The notes under the pieces: model-generated
Told to the model about the DNA's origin: nothing
What the model saw: the letters and a program-made list of their open reading frames with translations, nothing else
Databases searched by the model: none
DNA from: Bacteroidia bacterium
GTDB lineage: Bacteria; Bacteroidota; Bacteroidia; Bacteroidales; Prolixibacteraceae
DNA length: 64,000 bases
Direction of reading: 5' to 3'
Assembly (NCBI GenBank): GCA_025358025.1
Contig: JANYKW010000089.1
Location: 18,629 to 82,628, forward strand
Part shown: one piece after another, positions 19,685 through 29,365 of the stretch
How the letters are laid out: every line of letters begins with the position of its first letter
Position numbering within the stretch: position 1 is the first letter of the stretch
Position numbers and translations under genes: made by a program

Positions 19685-22669
19685 GACTTCCCGGATCAGC
19701 GCTGTCCTTTTTCTGCCATCCATCAATACTTCCAGTGCATGTTCAAAACGCACCCATCGGATGAATTTTCCCTCCATGACCAATTCCTGCGATGCCAGTA
19801 AATTCATATTAACGAATTCGTTACCATCCACAAGCGGCACTGAAAAATAGCCGACATTCATGGAGGTCACATTGTGGAAGAAATGTGATCCAAGTGAAGC
19901 ATCGAGCGGAAAATCCGGTAACCCAATTTCAACTATCACCTTTGCATTGCTGATGTTTGCCCACCTCACGGGGATGCCTGTAAATTCATCGCGGGTTCCC
20001 CACCTGCCCGGACCGATCAAAACATATTTCCGGTCTTCATCACACAGAAGTTTGTTAAATTCAAGAATTTCAGCTGCGATTTCCTTGGTTCTGGTCCTGT
20101 CAAAACGATCAATATCAACATACAATACATCCTGAACTCCTTTTATCTTTCCATTTCCCATTCCCTTGTGGGAGAGTAGCAAAAGGTTATTTCTATCCAG
20201 TTCATCAAGATCAATCTCGATGTCATCTTCTCTTCTGATCAGTGGTTTCAATTGAAGGAGGTAGAATGTAGGCCAACCATTGTCTCCTTTGTTGAGATCG
20301 ATGGCAAACTCCATCTCTACCGGGGAGCCCATGGCCTGCTGGAAGAGCTTCATGAGTACCAACAGGGAATCGGCCATCGGTACCTGATTGTATTTCAGCA
20401 TGTTGGCAAAATCAACCACACGTGATCCCCTGATGCCGATTCCGGGTATTACTACCTCGTTTTCCACATCGTAGGTAGAAACACATTGTTCGATGACTCC
20501 ATCTTTTTCGGCCGCTGATACCGGATATTTCCGGATGGCAGCCAGCTCACCTTCATTAGACATATCAAATTCGCTGTGAGTCAAATCTATGGCATAGAAC
20601 TCTCTTTGTGTATCCCGTACCTGGTCTGCGATGGCACCAATATTCAAAGCGGGATATTTTGGACAGAACCGGTAAGCTTTTTCCCCTCCTGAAACTGCCT
20701 GACCCAGCCCCATGGCAGCAACAGCGAAGCCATCTTCAGGCTGCATATACGAATGAGGATAGTAGTTATAGGATTGTGCGACACCACTGATATCCACATA
20801 AAATTTTCCATTGTGTTCTTTTCCAACAACCGGCTGGATGATGATGGCCATCTTCTCCTCTTCGATCTTATAATTGATAGCCTGAAAATATGACCTTGCA
20901 TCGTTGCTGAAAACAGAGGTATAAATAAGTTTGATGGCATTCATCAACTGGGTGAACCTGACTTCCGGATCGTGATGATTATTTGGGATAAGGTATGTAT
21001 CGTATACCCCGGAGAAGGGCTGAAGCAGAGAATCCTCGAATAAACCGGACGACCGGATGGCCAGGGGCTGTTTCATGCTTAGAATATATTGCATCAGTTT
21101 ATCTTTGAGCGAGATACTCAAATCGCCTGCTAAGAATGCAGTTTTAATCTTCTCCTGATCGGTAGAATGACATGCCAAATCAAACAAATTATTCGACTCG
21201 AGAAATTTGTCAAACTCAATGGCTCCAATGATGGATGTTGCCGGCATCCGGATATTGATTCCCTTGAGAATGGCCTTCATGTCAATGTTTTCCAACAAGT
21301 TACTCATGAAAGCCAAACCCCTGCCCTTTCCACCAAGGGATCCCAGTCCAAGGCGGACGATGTAGCGGTTACCTGTGATCAGCGTTGAATCAAAATTAAT
21401 GATCCTTCCCCTGTTTTTCTTTTCACGTACATCAGCGAAAACATTGAGGCAAAAGTCCCGAAGCTTCTCTGTGTTTTCAAAATCCTCCACTTTATAGGGA
21501 ATAAGTCGTTCTGCCATGTTAATTTCGCCCCTGGCCATCAGCCAGGTAGAGAACCCATTTGCCCTTGCATGGTACAAAAGGGATTCCATCGGAACTTTTG
21601 AAACCAGCTCTTCGAACTCATGCAGGTTTCTGGCACAGGCAATCTTGTTCCCTTTTTTATCCTTGAAGATAAAATCTCCAAATCCAAGTTTTGTATTGAT
21701 AAATTCATGGATATCATGTGCCAGGGTATCCGAATTTTTGGTGATAAACCCCGCTCCAACAGCTTCTGCCCTCCTGGCATTCTCAATATCATGAGATTGC
21801 AAAAGCAAAGGGATGGTATATTTCAGACTCTTGTGCGCATATTTTAGAAGCTCAATGCCCGCATCTTCATCTGCAATTCCATTCCTGGCAAATTTTACAT
21901 CTGAAATAACGCAGAGCAAGTAGTCTTTGTAATCGTTAATTATCTGTACTGCTTCTTCGTATGTACTGACCAGCAGCACCTTGGGCCGTGCACGGTACTT
22001 AAATATTTTGTGCAGCTCGTCGGTCGAATCATCGGATACCAACGACTGTGTTTGGGTGAGAACGCTTGAAAAAAGCAGGGGAAGGTAACGAGAATAATAC
22101 TTAACAGAGTCTTCAACGAGCAAGACAATCCGAACACCACCCAGCACGGTGTCCAGGGCTACGTTTCTTTTGTCTTCGATGTATTTGATCATCGCAAGAA
22201 ATACATTGGAGTTGCCGTTCCAGACAAAAACCCTGTCTATGGCTGAAACCCGGGCTGCAGAACGCTTAAAATATCCTACATCGTTGTTGTTGTTTACAAG
22301 TATCAGAATTGGAATGCGGGGTTTGATGCCATGGATCAGCTCGGCAACCCTGATTGGCATCTCCTTATCTACCCCAGCCATGATAATGATCAGATCAAAA
22401 TGGCGCAGGTTGATCGTGGGAACAACATCTTCCGGAGTATTCACACTGGTAAAGCGGGGGGCTGCATAAAGGTTTAACTGCAAATACTCTCCAAATATTT
22501 TATCAGAAAATTGCCCTTCCCTTTCAATGGAATAAGCATCATATAGCGTGGCAAAAAGCAATACTTCCTTGACCTTATTGGGCATCAGCTCCTGAAAAAT
22601 ATCACGGTCGGTTTTCCTCCTTTTAAACAGGGAGGATATCGAAATCTGATCCAGCTTCTCTTTTTCCAT
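19673..22669 (-). CDS. Response-regulator receiver domain protein fused to a PPDK_N-type (PEP/pyruvate-binding, ATP-grasp) kinase domain; no phosphohistidine swivel domain seen
   Basis: 998 aa. The receiver module reads RIVLLVEDS...LLCVISDVKF...PLLLQSH...GFITKN (acidic pocket, acceptor Asp, Ser/Thr, Lys). A degenerate flavodoxin-like module precedes it. LGSLGGKGRGLAFM and the following ~350 aa resemble the PPDK/PEP-synthase N-terminal nucleotide-binding domain. No GGxTSHAAI motif is present. Confidence 0.7.
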   Translation of the reverse strand: MEKEKLDQISISSLFKRRKTDRDIFQELMPNKVKEVLLFATLYDAYSIEREGQFSDKIFGEYLQLNLYAAPRFTSVNTPEDVVPTINLRHFDLIIIMAGVDKEMPIRVAELIHGIKPRIPILILVNNNNDVGYFKRSAARVSAIDRVFVWNGNSNVFLAMIKYIEDKRNVALDTVLGGVRIVLLVEDSVKYYSRYLPLLFSSVLTQTQSLVSDDSTDELHKIFKYRARPKVLLVSTYEEAVQIINDYKDYLLCVISDVKFARNGIADEDAGIELLKYAHKSLKYTIPLLLQSHDIENARRAEAVGAGFITKNSDTLAHDIHEFINTKLGFGDFIFKDKKGNKIACARNLHEFEELVSKVPMESLLYHARANGFSTWLMARGEINMAERLIPYKVEDFENTEKLRDFCLNVFADVREKKNRGRIINFDSTLITGNRYIVRLGLGSLGGKGRGLAFMSNLLENIDMKAILKGINIRMPATSIIGAIEFDKFLESNNLFDLACHSTDQEKIKTAFLAGDLSISLKDKLMQYILSMKQPLAIRSSGLFEDSLLQPFSGVYDTYLIPNNHHDPEVRFTQLMNAIKLIYTSVFSNDARSYFQAINYKIEEEKMAIIIQPVVGKEHNGKFYVDISGVAQSYNYYPHSYMQPEDGFAVAAMGLGQAVSGGEKAYRFCPKYPALNIGAIADQVRDTQREFYAIDLTHSEFDMSNEGELAAIRKYPVSAAEKDGVIEQCVSTYDVENEVVIPGIGIRGSRVVDFANMLKYNQVPMADSLLVLMKLFQQAMGSPVEMEFAIDLNKGDNGWPTFYLLQLKPLIRREDDIEIDLDELDRNNLLLLSHKGMGNGKIKGVQDVLYVDIDRFDRTRTKEIAAEILEFNKLLCDEDRKYVLIGPGRWGTRDEFTGIPVRWANISNAKVIVEIGLPDFPLDASLGSHFFHNVTSMNVGYFSVPLVDGNEFVNMNLLASQELVMEGKFIRWVRFEHALEVLMDGRKRTALIREVKNP

Positions 22670-22703
22670 AGGACTTTAATTGACCCTGAAAGGTATCATT
22701 TTA

Positions 22704-22735
22704 ATGTGAAAATGTGAAAATGTGAAAATGTAGAA
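22704..22735. repeat. 8-bp tandem repeat (ATGTGAAA x3 plus ATGTAGAA)
   Basis: Read directly: atgtgaaaatgtgaaaatgtgaaaatgtagaa. It lies 35-66 nt upstream of the ATG of the 19673-22669 gene. On that gene's sense strand it reads TTTCACAT repeats. Confidence 0.95.
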
Positions 22736-22742
22736 CTGTAGA

Positions 22743-23075
22743 TTGAGCAGCTCCGGCAGGTCTATTCATTACATCACCGATTTTAATAGTCCAAATATAG
22801 CCATGGAATCCAAAAAAAGTTCAATTAGCCCCCCGATAAAATCATCCTCCTGCTCCGCGAACAATCGGGTCACGATTTTTCGATGTATAAGAAAAACATA
22901 CCGGCAGGAGGCTATTTTCGAACGTTTTATCCAGGCCGGTATTACCGGCAAACATGCTAACCAGCGAGCAGGATTGGGTTTAACCATATCAAAATCGTAC
23001 GTCGAAATGCCGGGAGGAAAAATATGGTTAGAAAGTGATGAAGGTATTGGCCCAACATTTAATCCTGAAGCTTAG
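22743..23075 (+). pseudogene. Decayed fragment of a sensor histidine kinase (HATPase_c part only)
   Basis: TTG-initiated 110-aa ORF. Its C-terminal half, IFERFIQAG...NQRAGLGLTISKSYVEMPGGKIWLESDEGIGPTF, matches the G1/G2-box region of HATPase_c. The upstream part is degenerate, with no HisKA/DHp and no sensor or TM region. Confidence 0.5.
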
Positions 23076-23084
23076 GTATTCTAT

Positions 23085-24350
23085 TTACTGATTATTAAGA
23101 AGAAAAGCTTCTGCATCTAAATTCCAAATGCCATTGTGTGCATTACAAATTCGGGCGAGTTCGGCGAAAAGCGGATCTGTTTTTCCTTTTTCGGCGAAAT
23201 CGGAAATGGGTGTGAGAGGCATTTCAATATGATTGTAAATCAACTTCTTACCCCCTGGAATTTCAGGAAGATGGAGCGTGGCATCAATAACGGCATCCAA
23301 TCCTCCTATGTGAGTCACCAGTCCTGCGGGATCCAGACCTTCCGACATCAGCCGGATTGCCTCTTTCATGTCATCCGTATTGCCGCCACTGGTACCGACC
23401 AGATGGGTATAGGCATAATGTACATTGTAAAAATTAATTTTTGCACTGAATTCCGGATTTGAAGGACCCGCAAAAAAATTCAGACATCCATCAAAAGCAA
23501 GCAAGGCATCTGCCTGTTCCACAACCGGCGTGACAGGAGCAAAAACGAACACATCATCATATCCGGTATCTCCCGTTAGGACTTTGAGAGCAGCAATGGG
23601 ATCAGGGAACGATGTTGTGTTAACGTAATGAAGATCTATTCCTCGCGAAGCAGCATATTCAAAAGTATAAAGAGAGGCAGCCCTGTCGAGACGGGATTGT
23701 TCTATATCCGTAACCACCAGAAGGCCTGGTTTACGATCTTCGCGATTCAGCACATAATTGATGGCTGCCAGTCCCATTGGACCAACTCCCGCGAGGATTG
23801 CCATTTTTCCATCGGCAACAATCTCCATGTTGTGGATATATGAACCTGGTGTGATGTGGTAATTCGCGTGCATGGCACCGATCACGCAGGAAAGAGGTTC
23901 TGCCAGTGAAGCAGGATAAAAGCCTTCGCCCACAAATGGCAAAAGGGCACCCAGTTCCATCACTTCGTTCGGGATAATCACATAGGTCGCATCCCCACCA
24001 ATATATTGGTACGAATAGCCGGGAGCACTCAGCACACCAACCGGACCCCCGGCATAATTCAAAGCCGGCTGAATCGAAAATTTATCGCCCGGTTTGAATT
24101 GGTGGCTCCATTTTGAACCAACTTCAACCAGTTCGCCGGCAAATTCGTGTCCGATGATAATGGGATTTTCAGCCACATCGTCAGGTATCCGCTTGTGGTC
24201 AGTACCCTGTGATGCAGCCTTGTAAGATGACATGCACAACGAGTCTGACACAACTTTTGCCAATATTTCATTCTCCTGGATAGGTGGAAGCTCGAACTCC
24301 TCCAGCCGGAGGTCCTTCTTCCCATATAATCGGACTGCTTTTGTTTTCAT
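23085..24350 (-). CDS. Zinc-type medium-chain (MDR) alcohol/polyol(-phosphate) dehydrogenase
   Basis: 421 aa with CMSSYK and GHEFAGELVEVG (zinc/catalytic motifs) and the LAGVGPMGLAA Rossmann glycine motif. By recollection it resembles sorbose-1-phosphate-reductase-like MDRs. Confidence 0.7.
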   Translation of the reverse strand: MKTKAVRLYGKKDLRLEEFELPPIQENEILAKVVSDSLCMSSYKAASQGTDHKRIPDDVAENPIIIGHEFAGELVEVGSKWSHQFKPGDKFSIQPALNYAGGPVGVLSAPGYSYQYIGGDATYVIIPNEVMELGALLPFVGEGFYPASLAEPLSCVIGAMHANYHITPGSYIHNMEIVADGKMAILAGVGPMGLAAINYVLNREDRKPGLLVVTDIEQSRLDRAASLYTFEYAASRGIDLHYVNTTSFPDPIAALKVLTGDTGYDDVFVFAPVTPVVEQADALLAFDGCLNFFAGPSNPEFSAKINFYNVHYAYTHLVGTSGGNTDDMKEAIRLMSEGLDPAGLVTHIGGLDAVIDATLHLPEIPGGKKLIYNHIEMPLTPISDFAEKGKTDPLFAELARICNAHNGIWNLDAEAFLLNNQ

Positions 24351-24406
24351 TTTTTACTGTTTTTTAAGAACTTACACAAAGGAACACCAGAATAAGCACG
24401 GAGTTA

Positions 24407-24436
24407 CTCTGTGCTTCTCTGTGAACCTCCGTGAAA
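24407..24436. repeat. 10-bp tandem repeat (CTCTGTGCTT / CTCTGTGAAC / CTCCGTGAAA) with a flanking inverted copy CACGGAG
   Basis: Read directly. CACGGAG (24397-24403) is the reverse complement of CTCCGTG (24427-24433). The repeat lies in the intra-operon spacer between the SDR stop and the MDR start. Confidence 0.85.
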
Positions 24437-24449
24437 TATGGTAATCAAA

Positions 24450-25634
24450 CTAATTCAACATATTCTGTCCCCCGGTAACCGGAACTGCTTGTCCGGTCTC
24501 GTATTCCTGTTCAATAATGTATAGAATTGCCCTGAAGACATCTGTTACCCTGCAACCACGTCCGGCAGGCACCTGGGCTTCGTAAAAGGCTTTTACATCT
24601 TCTATCGTTTTAGCTCCGGCTACTTTCCCTGCCTTTAGATATTGAACGAAAAGTCCCTTTTCCGGGTCGCTCCAGAGCGGACCTTCGAAGAAATTTCCGG
24701 GACAAATAGAATTCACCTTAATTTTGTATGGCATGAGTTCCATGGCAAAGGATTGCGTCAAACCTATGCCACCAAACTTACCTCCGGCGTAGGCAAAGTT
24801 TTTATTGCTGCCCTTCAATCCCGATTTTGAATTGATTTGAATGATATCAGAGAAAAATTCTTTTCTGTACTTCGACTGGACCTTCATAACTGCTGAAGCG
24901 TATTTTGCACAAAGGAAATAGCCTTTGTAGTTGACATTCGTCATGAAATCAAAGTTCTCCGGTGTCATTTCTTCCAGTGATCCGGCACGCAATACGCCGG
25001 CGTTGCTGATGATCAAATCCAACCCGCCAAAATGCCTTGAGGTTACAGATACCATATCCTCAACGGAAACCGCATCAGAAACATCCACTTTAACAAACAG
25101 CGCACGGTTACCCGTAACATTTGCATTGAGAAGATCTGCCATTTTGCCACCTTCCGTTTCATTCCAGTCGGCGATTACAACGTTGGCTCCCTCGTGAAAC
25201 AGCATTTCAGCGATACCGGCGCCAAAGCCCATGGCCGCACCGGTTACAATGGCAATCTTGTTGGCTAGCCGGCCGAGGGAAATGGAATAATCGCTTGCTT
25301 CTTTACCGAGCATTTCATCCAATTGGGCAGCATTTGGAGCCAAAGCCACCAAACCTATATCTTTAATCCAAACATAATCAGGATAATAGGAGCGTTCTTC
25401 TTTCCACATGGACAACTTTACCTCAAGATCGGCAACAATTTCATCGGGATCTACCGTTTCATCCACCACCAGGATGGTTGCTTCTCCCTCAATAAACGGA
25501 TGGATTCTGAGCTCCTCCTCCAGCTGGGCTTTCTGTAAGCTTTCCCTTTCGTCCAACCTGGCAACCAGAACATTTTCGCGGGATGCAAGCATTCTCAGTG
25601 CAGGAAGGAGTTGTTTTACTACTGTATTAAGCAT
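24450..25634 (-). CDS. Short-chain dehydrogenase/reductase (SDR) with a ~120-aa N-terminal extension of unknown function
   Basis: 394 aa with IAIVTGAAMGFGAGIA (TGxxxGxG), IISNAGV (NAG) and FAYAGGKFG (YxxxK). The first ~120 aa lie outside the SDR fold. Confidence 0.8.
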   Translation of the reverse strand: MLNTVVKQLLPALRMLASRENVLVARLDERESLQKAQLEEELRIHPFIEGEATILVVDETVDPDEIVADLEVKLSMWKEERSYYPDYVWIKDIGLVALAPNAAQLDEMLGKEASDYSISLGRLANKIAIVTGAAMGFGAGIAEMLFHEGANVVIADWNETEGGKMADLLNANVTGNRALFVKVDVSDAVSVEDMVSVTSRHFGGLDLIISNAGVLRAGSLEEMTPENFDFMTNVNYKGYFLCAKYASAVMKVQSKYRKEFFSDIIQINSKSGLKGSNKNFAYAGGKFGGIGLTQSFAMELMPYKIKVNSICPGNFFEGPLWSDPEKGLFVQYLKAGKVAGAKTIEDVKAFYEAQVPAGRGCRVTDVFRAILYIIEQEYETGQAVPVTGGQNMLN

Positions 25635-26868
25635 GATGGTTTTGAATTACGTATGCAATGAGTGCCGCTCCAAGGGTAATAAAATGGTCCCGTTTTTCAA
25701 TAAATGGCCTTCCTTCTGCATCAAGATACCCTTGGCCCTCCATGGCAGTCAGATACTGGTGAGCTGCCACGATGCAGGCGCCATGGTAGTTGATCTCTTT
25801 GATAATAGCCGACAGTTCTGTTCTCTTGCGGGCAAAAAGTGCTATGGGCTCCATGGCAGGCGTATTATGCTCGCTACCAAGAGTGACCACAAATCCTTCA
25901 TTGTAAAAGTATTGCACATAATCTTCTAAAACTTCCGGACTGTTTCTGGTAGTAATCAATTCAACCGACCAGATATTCCGCTCTTTCAGTATTTTGGCTG
26001 CTATTTCTTTGGATTCTTCAAAAGGAGTAAAATTTCCGCTGGCATCATCAGCCAGAAAAGGATAGGTTGGAATCCCTCCCTGGTTTAGAATCATTCTACA
26101 TACCATATCGGATTCCAGAAATGCTTCAGCGGGTTCAGGAATAAAAGCCGGTCCTCCTGACTTCAGCAAATTATTGCGAAGTTCATTTTCCATAGCAGCC
26201 GGAGCATCAAGGCTGGATATCAAGTGTTTTCCAAAAAAAAGCTTCTGGTAAAACGCATGCTTTTCCTGAACCGAAGGGAAGCAAACTTCTGCATGTTCAC
26301 GAATTGCTTTGGCCAAATGGCGTTCACGCACCATTCCTTTGGTCATATCTGCCATGATCTGCCCGAAATCAAGCACAAATCCTGCTTCAATGGATAAGAG
26401 AAGGTCATTCACCTTGGCGCACATCCCTGCAACATGCTTGTTGGATTCGGTGCGAACGGATTCCAGTGCCGAAGAATAAGGCTCATCCATTCTGGCAGGG
26501 TAAGCAAGACCTTTGCCACTCAAATAGGTTCTGCCGGGATTGCCCGGATCGTTGACCTTCAATCCGGCCATTTGGTCTTCCTTGTTCAGACTGATGTATT
26601 CGATGTTGAAAAGGGGAAAAATTCCTCTTGAAGAGGTTTCTGAAGCCCATTCTGAATATCCGTCTGTAGAATAGAAGTCGTTCACTCCCATCACCTTCAC
26701 GTTCTCAGCAACAGCCATATCCATTGCCTGGGGAATGTCCAGGAAGGCACTGAAAGAATAAGGGGTGTGCAAATGGGCATTGACAGAAAAGATGGTGCCT
26801 TTGCCGTTCATTTTATGCCATTTCAGCAATTCCTCCCTTGCGGGAAATATATTCCAGAAGTCTATCAT
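25627..26868 (-). CDS. PHP-like (polymerase/histidinol-phosphatase fold) metal-dependent phosphoesterase, function unknown
   Basis: 413 aa with an N-terminal VNAHLHTPYSFSAF (HxH) block, VMGVNDFYS, and C-terminal LGSEHN. It overlaps the downstream SDR start by 8 nt. Confidence 0.5.
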   Translation of the reverse strand: MIDFWNIFPAREELLKWHKMNGKGTIFSVNAHLHTPYSFSAFLDIPQAMDMAVAENVKVMGVNDFYSTDGYSEWASETSSRGIFPLFNIEYISLNKEDQMAGLKVNDPGNPGRTYLSGKGLAYPARMDEPYSSALESVRTESNKHVAGMCAKVNDLLLSIEAGFVLDFGQIMADMTKGMVRERHLAKAIREHAEVCFPSVQEKHAFYQKLFFGKHLISSLDAPAAMENELRNNLLKSGGPAFIPEPAEAFLESDMVCRMILNQGGIPTYPFLADDASGNFTPFEESKEIAAKILKERNIWSVELITTRNSPEVLEDYVQYFYNEGFVVTLGSEHNTPAMEPIALFARKRTELSAIIKEINYHGACIVAAHQYLTAMEGQGYLDAEGRPFIEKRDHFITLGAALIAYVIQNHHA

Positions 26869-26887
26869 AATTTTCGAAAATTGTTAA

Positions 26888-29356
26888 TTAGATACCCAAT
26901 TTCGCTCTCCGGATCTGTTCCATATCGGTAAAATTTTCTCCGGCCACGTATCCTGCCAGGGGAACAATTTTTTCGTGTATGGCATCCAGGAACCAGCCTG
27001 CCTGCGGGAAAAATGCCTCTTCAAGTTCGTAGGCAGGTGTGATCCAGTTGCGTGATCCGACAACAACCGGTGGGGCATCGAGATAGTCGAATGCAAGTTC
27101 TGTAATATTTCTGGCCAGATCATTCAGAAATGATCCACGGCTGGTGGCATCACCTGAGATCAGTATCCTGCCGGTTTTTTTCACAGACTCAATCACCAGT
27201 TCATAGTTGAATGGAACGAGTGAACGCGCATCGATAACTTCAGCCGAAAGGCCATATTTCTCTTCCAGGATTTTAGCAGCATCCAGCGCACGGTAAAGCG
27301 TGGCTCCAATGGTGAGGATCGTGACATCTTTCCCTGCTCTTTTCACATCCGGCTCGCCGATTGGAATCTCATAGTATCCTTCGGGAACCCCTCCTGCATG
27401 AAACTGTTCGCCGATGTCGTATACCCGCTGACTTTCAAAGAAAACGACCGGATCTGTACCCTGGAGGGCACTGTTCATCAATCCTTTGGCATCGTATGGT
27501 GTGACAGGAAAAACAACCTTCAATCCTGGAATATGTGCCACCAGGGAGGTCCAGTCCTGGGAGTGCTGGGCACCATATTTGGAGCCTACGGATACCCTTA
27601 AAACCACAGGCATTTTTAATACATTACCGCTCATGGCCTGCCATTTCGGCAATTGGTTGAACACCTCATCCCCACATCTTCCCAGGAAGTCGCAATACAT
27701 GATTTCAGGGATCACCCGACCTCCGCACATGGCATAGCCAATGGAAGTTCCAACAATGGATGCTTCGGAGATAGGTGAGTTGAACAAACGATGGTAGGGC
27801 AGCGCCTCGGTTAATCCGCGGTAAACAGCAAAAGCCCCACCCCAGTCGCGGTTCTCTTCGCCATAGGCAATCAGCGTCGGATCCTTGTAGAAACGATCGA
27901 TGATGGCCTCGAAAATCCCGTCGCGAAGCTGGTATTGTTTCATTTTAGAGAAGGGTTTTCCCTCTGCATCATATGCAAAACGCTCTTTTTTAGCTAATTG
28001 AATGACTCTGGCATTTTCTGCCATGGCATGATTGACTTCCACGGGACGTTCCTCCATGGTTTCAGTCGGAGTATTGGAGAAGATCATCTCCCCGATCTGT
28101 TCGGGACGTTTGCGAATATCCATGCGGGGAGAAACAACGTCGTCGATGGAGACTTTCAGGAGATCAACCATCAGGGCTTTTATCTCTTGCCAAATCCCAT
28201 CCAGCTTCAATTGGTCAGTGACGCCTGCCTCCACCAGATTTTTGGCATACGTGTGGATGCAATCCTGATTTTGCCAGGCTTCAACCTCTTCTTTCGAACG
28301 GTAGGATGAAGCATCAGAGGGTGAGTGGCCACTGAAACGGTAGGTCAGGACTTCGAGTAGAACCGGTCCTTTTTTATCTGCTATGATCTTTAATTTCCTT
28401 TTGTATGCATCGATTACTGCCAATGGATTATAACCATCCACACGTTCGGCATGCATCTGGTCGGGATTAACTCCTGCCCCGATGCGTGCGGCCATTCCGT
28501 AACCCATCGTTTCACCGGCAGTCTGCCCGCCCATACCATACTGGTTGTTCATGACATTGAAGATCACAGGAAGACCTCCTTTCATGCCATCATCCCACAG
28601 TTGCGTAAACTGGTCCATGGTCGCGAAAGAGATACCTTCCCAAACGGGACCACAAGCCATGGAGGCATCACCGATATTGGCAACTACCACTCCCTTTTTG
28701 CGGTTTACTTTTTTATACAAGGCCGCTCCTACGGCGATATCACCGCTTCCGCCAACAATCGCGTTGTTTGGATAAACACCAAACGGGGTAAAAAAGGCAT
28801 GCATACTTCCGCCAAGTCCTTTGTTGAAACCTGTTTCCCGGGCAAAAATTTCAGCCAGGGTACCATATATCAAAAATCTACGACCCAAATCTTTGACAGA
28901 TCCTTTGAAATCTTTCTGAACGATCTTCAAAATTGTTCCGTCAAAGAATGTTTCCATGATTTTCATCAGGTCAACATCATCCAGTTTCTGTATGGAGCTT
29001 AGCCCTTTGGCGAGAATTTCTCCGTGGCTGCGGTGTGAGCCAAAGATAAAATCCTCCACAGTAAGGGTATAGGCCATCCCGACAGCAGAGGCCTCCTGAC
29101 CAATAGAGAGATGCGCCGGACCGGGGTGATCGTAAGGAACTCCACTGTACTCACCGGTGGTCTTGATGAGATTCAGCATGGTTTCAAATTCACGGATCAC
29201 CACCATATCGTGGTAGATACGGATCAGATCATCATTTGAGAAATTATTCTTCTCCTCCTGAATGGACTTACTATACTGGTTTACAGGGATCGGCTTAAAT
29301 TTGATCTCACCGGATTTCCTGGCTACACCAGGGTCAATAAACTGAACTTTAGGCAT
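26888..29356 (-). CDS. 2-oxoacid dehydrogenase E1 component, fused alpha and beta subunits (TPP-dependent)
   Basis: TPP motif IGDASMACGPVWEG...VIFNVMNNQYGM, and a beta-subunit/transketolase-like C-terminal half. I place the start at MPKVQFIDPG (cat at 29354-29356). The 15 extra codons in the ORF track (MSTFNFQLSTFNCKN) are translation of the heptamer repeat. Confidence 0.85.
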   Translation of the reverse strand: MPKVQFIDPGVARKSGEIKFKPIPVNQYSKSIQEEKNNFSNDDLIRIYHDMVVIREFETMLNLIKTTGEYSGVPYDHPGPAHLSIGQEASAVGMAYTLTVEDFIFGSHRSHGEILAKGLSSIQKLDDVDLMKIMETFFDGTILKIVQKDFKGSVKDLGRRFLIYGTLAEIFARETGFNKGLGGSMHAFFTPFGVYPNNAIVGGSGDIAVGAALYKKVNRKKGVVVANIGDASMACGPVWEGISFATMDQFTQLWDDGMKGGLPVIFNVMNNQYGMGGQTAGETMGYGMAARIGAGVNPDQMHAERVDGYNPLAVIDAYKRKLKIIADKKGPVLLEVLTYRFSGHSPSDASSYRSKEEVEAWQNQDCIHTYAKNLVEAGVTDQLKLDGIWQEIKALMVDLLKVSIDDVVSPRMDIRKRPEQIGEMIFSNTPTETMEERPVEVNHAMAENARVIQLAKKERFAYDAEGKPFSKMKQYQLRDGIFEAIIDRFYKDPTLIAYGEENRDWGGAFAVYRGLTEALPYHRLFNSPISEASIVGTSIGYAMCGGRVIPEIMYCDFLGRCGDEVFNQLPKWQAMSGNVLKMPVVLRVSVGSKYGAQHSQDWTSLVAHIPGLKVVFPVTPYDAKGLMNSALQGTDPVVFFESQRVYDIGEQFHAGGVPEGYYEIPIGEPDVKRAGKDVTILTIGATLYRALDAAKILEEKYGLSAEVIDARSLVPFNYELVIESVKKTGRILISGDATSRGSFLNDLARNITELAFDYLDAPPVVVGSRNWITPAYELEEAFFPQAGWFLDAIHEKIVPLAGYVAGENFTDMEQIRRAKLGI

Positions 29357-29365
29357 ATTTTTACA

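Noticed and set aside
25408-25929. 173-aa plus-strand ORF spanning the SDR/PHP junction
   Set aside because: It is antisense to two well-supported genes and has a serine-rich, low-complexity sequence.
28451-29002. 183-aa plus-strand ORF
   Set aside because: It is antisense to the E1 gene in its TPP-motif region. It is a shadow ORF.
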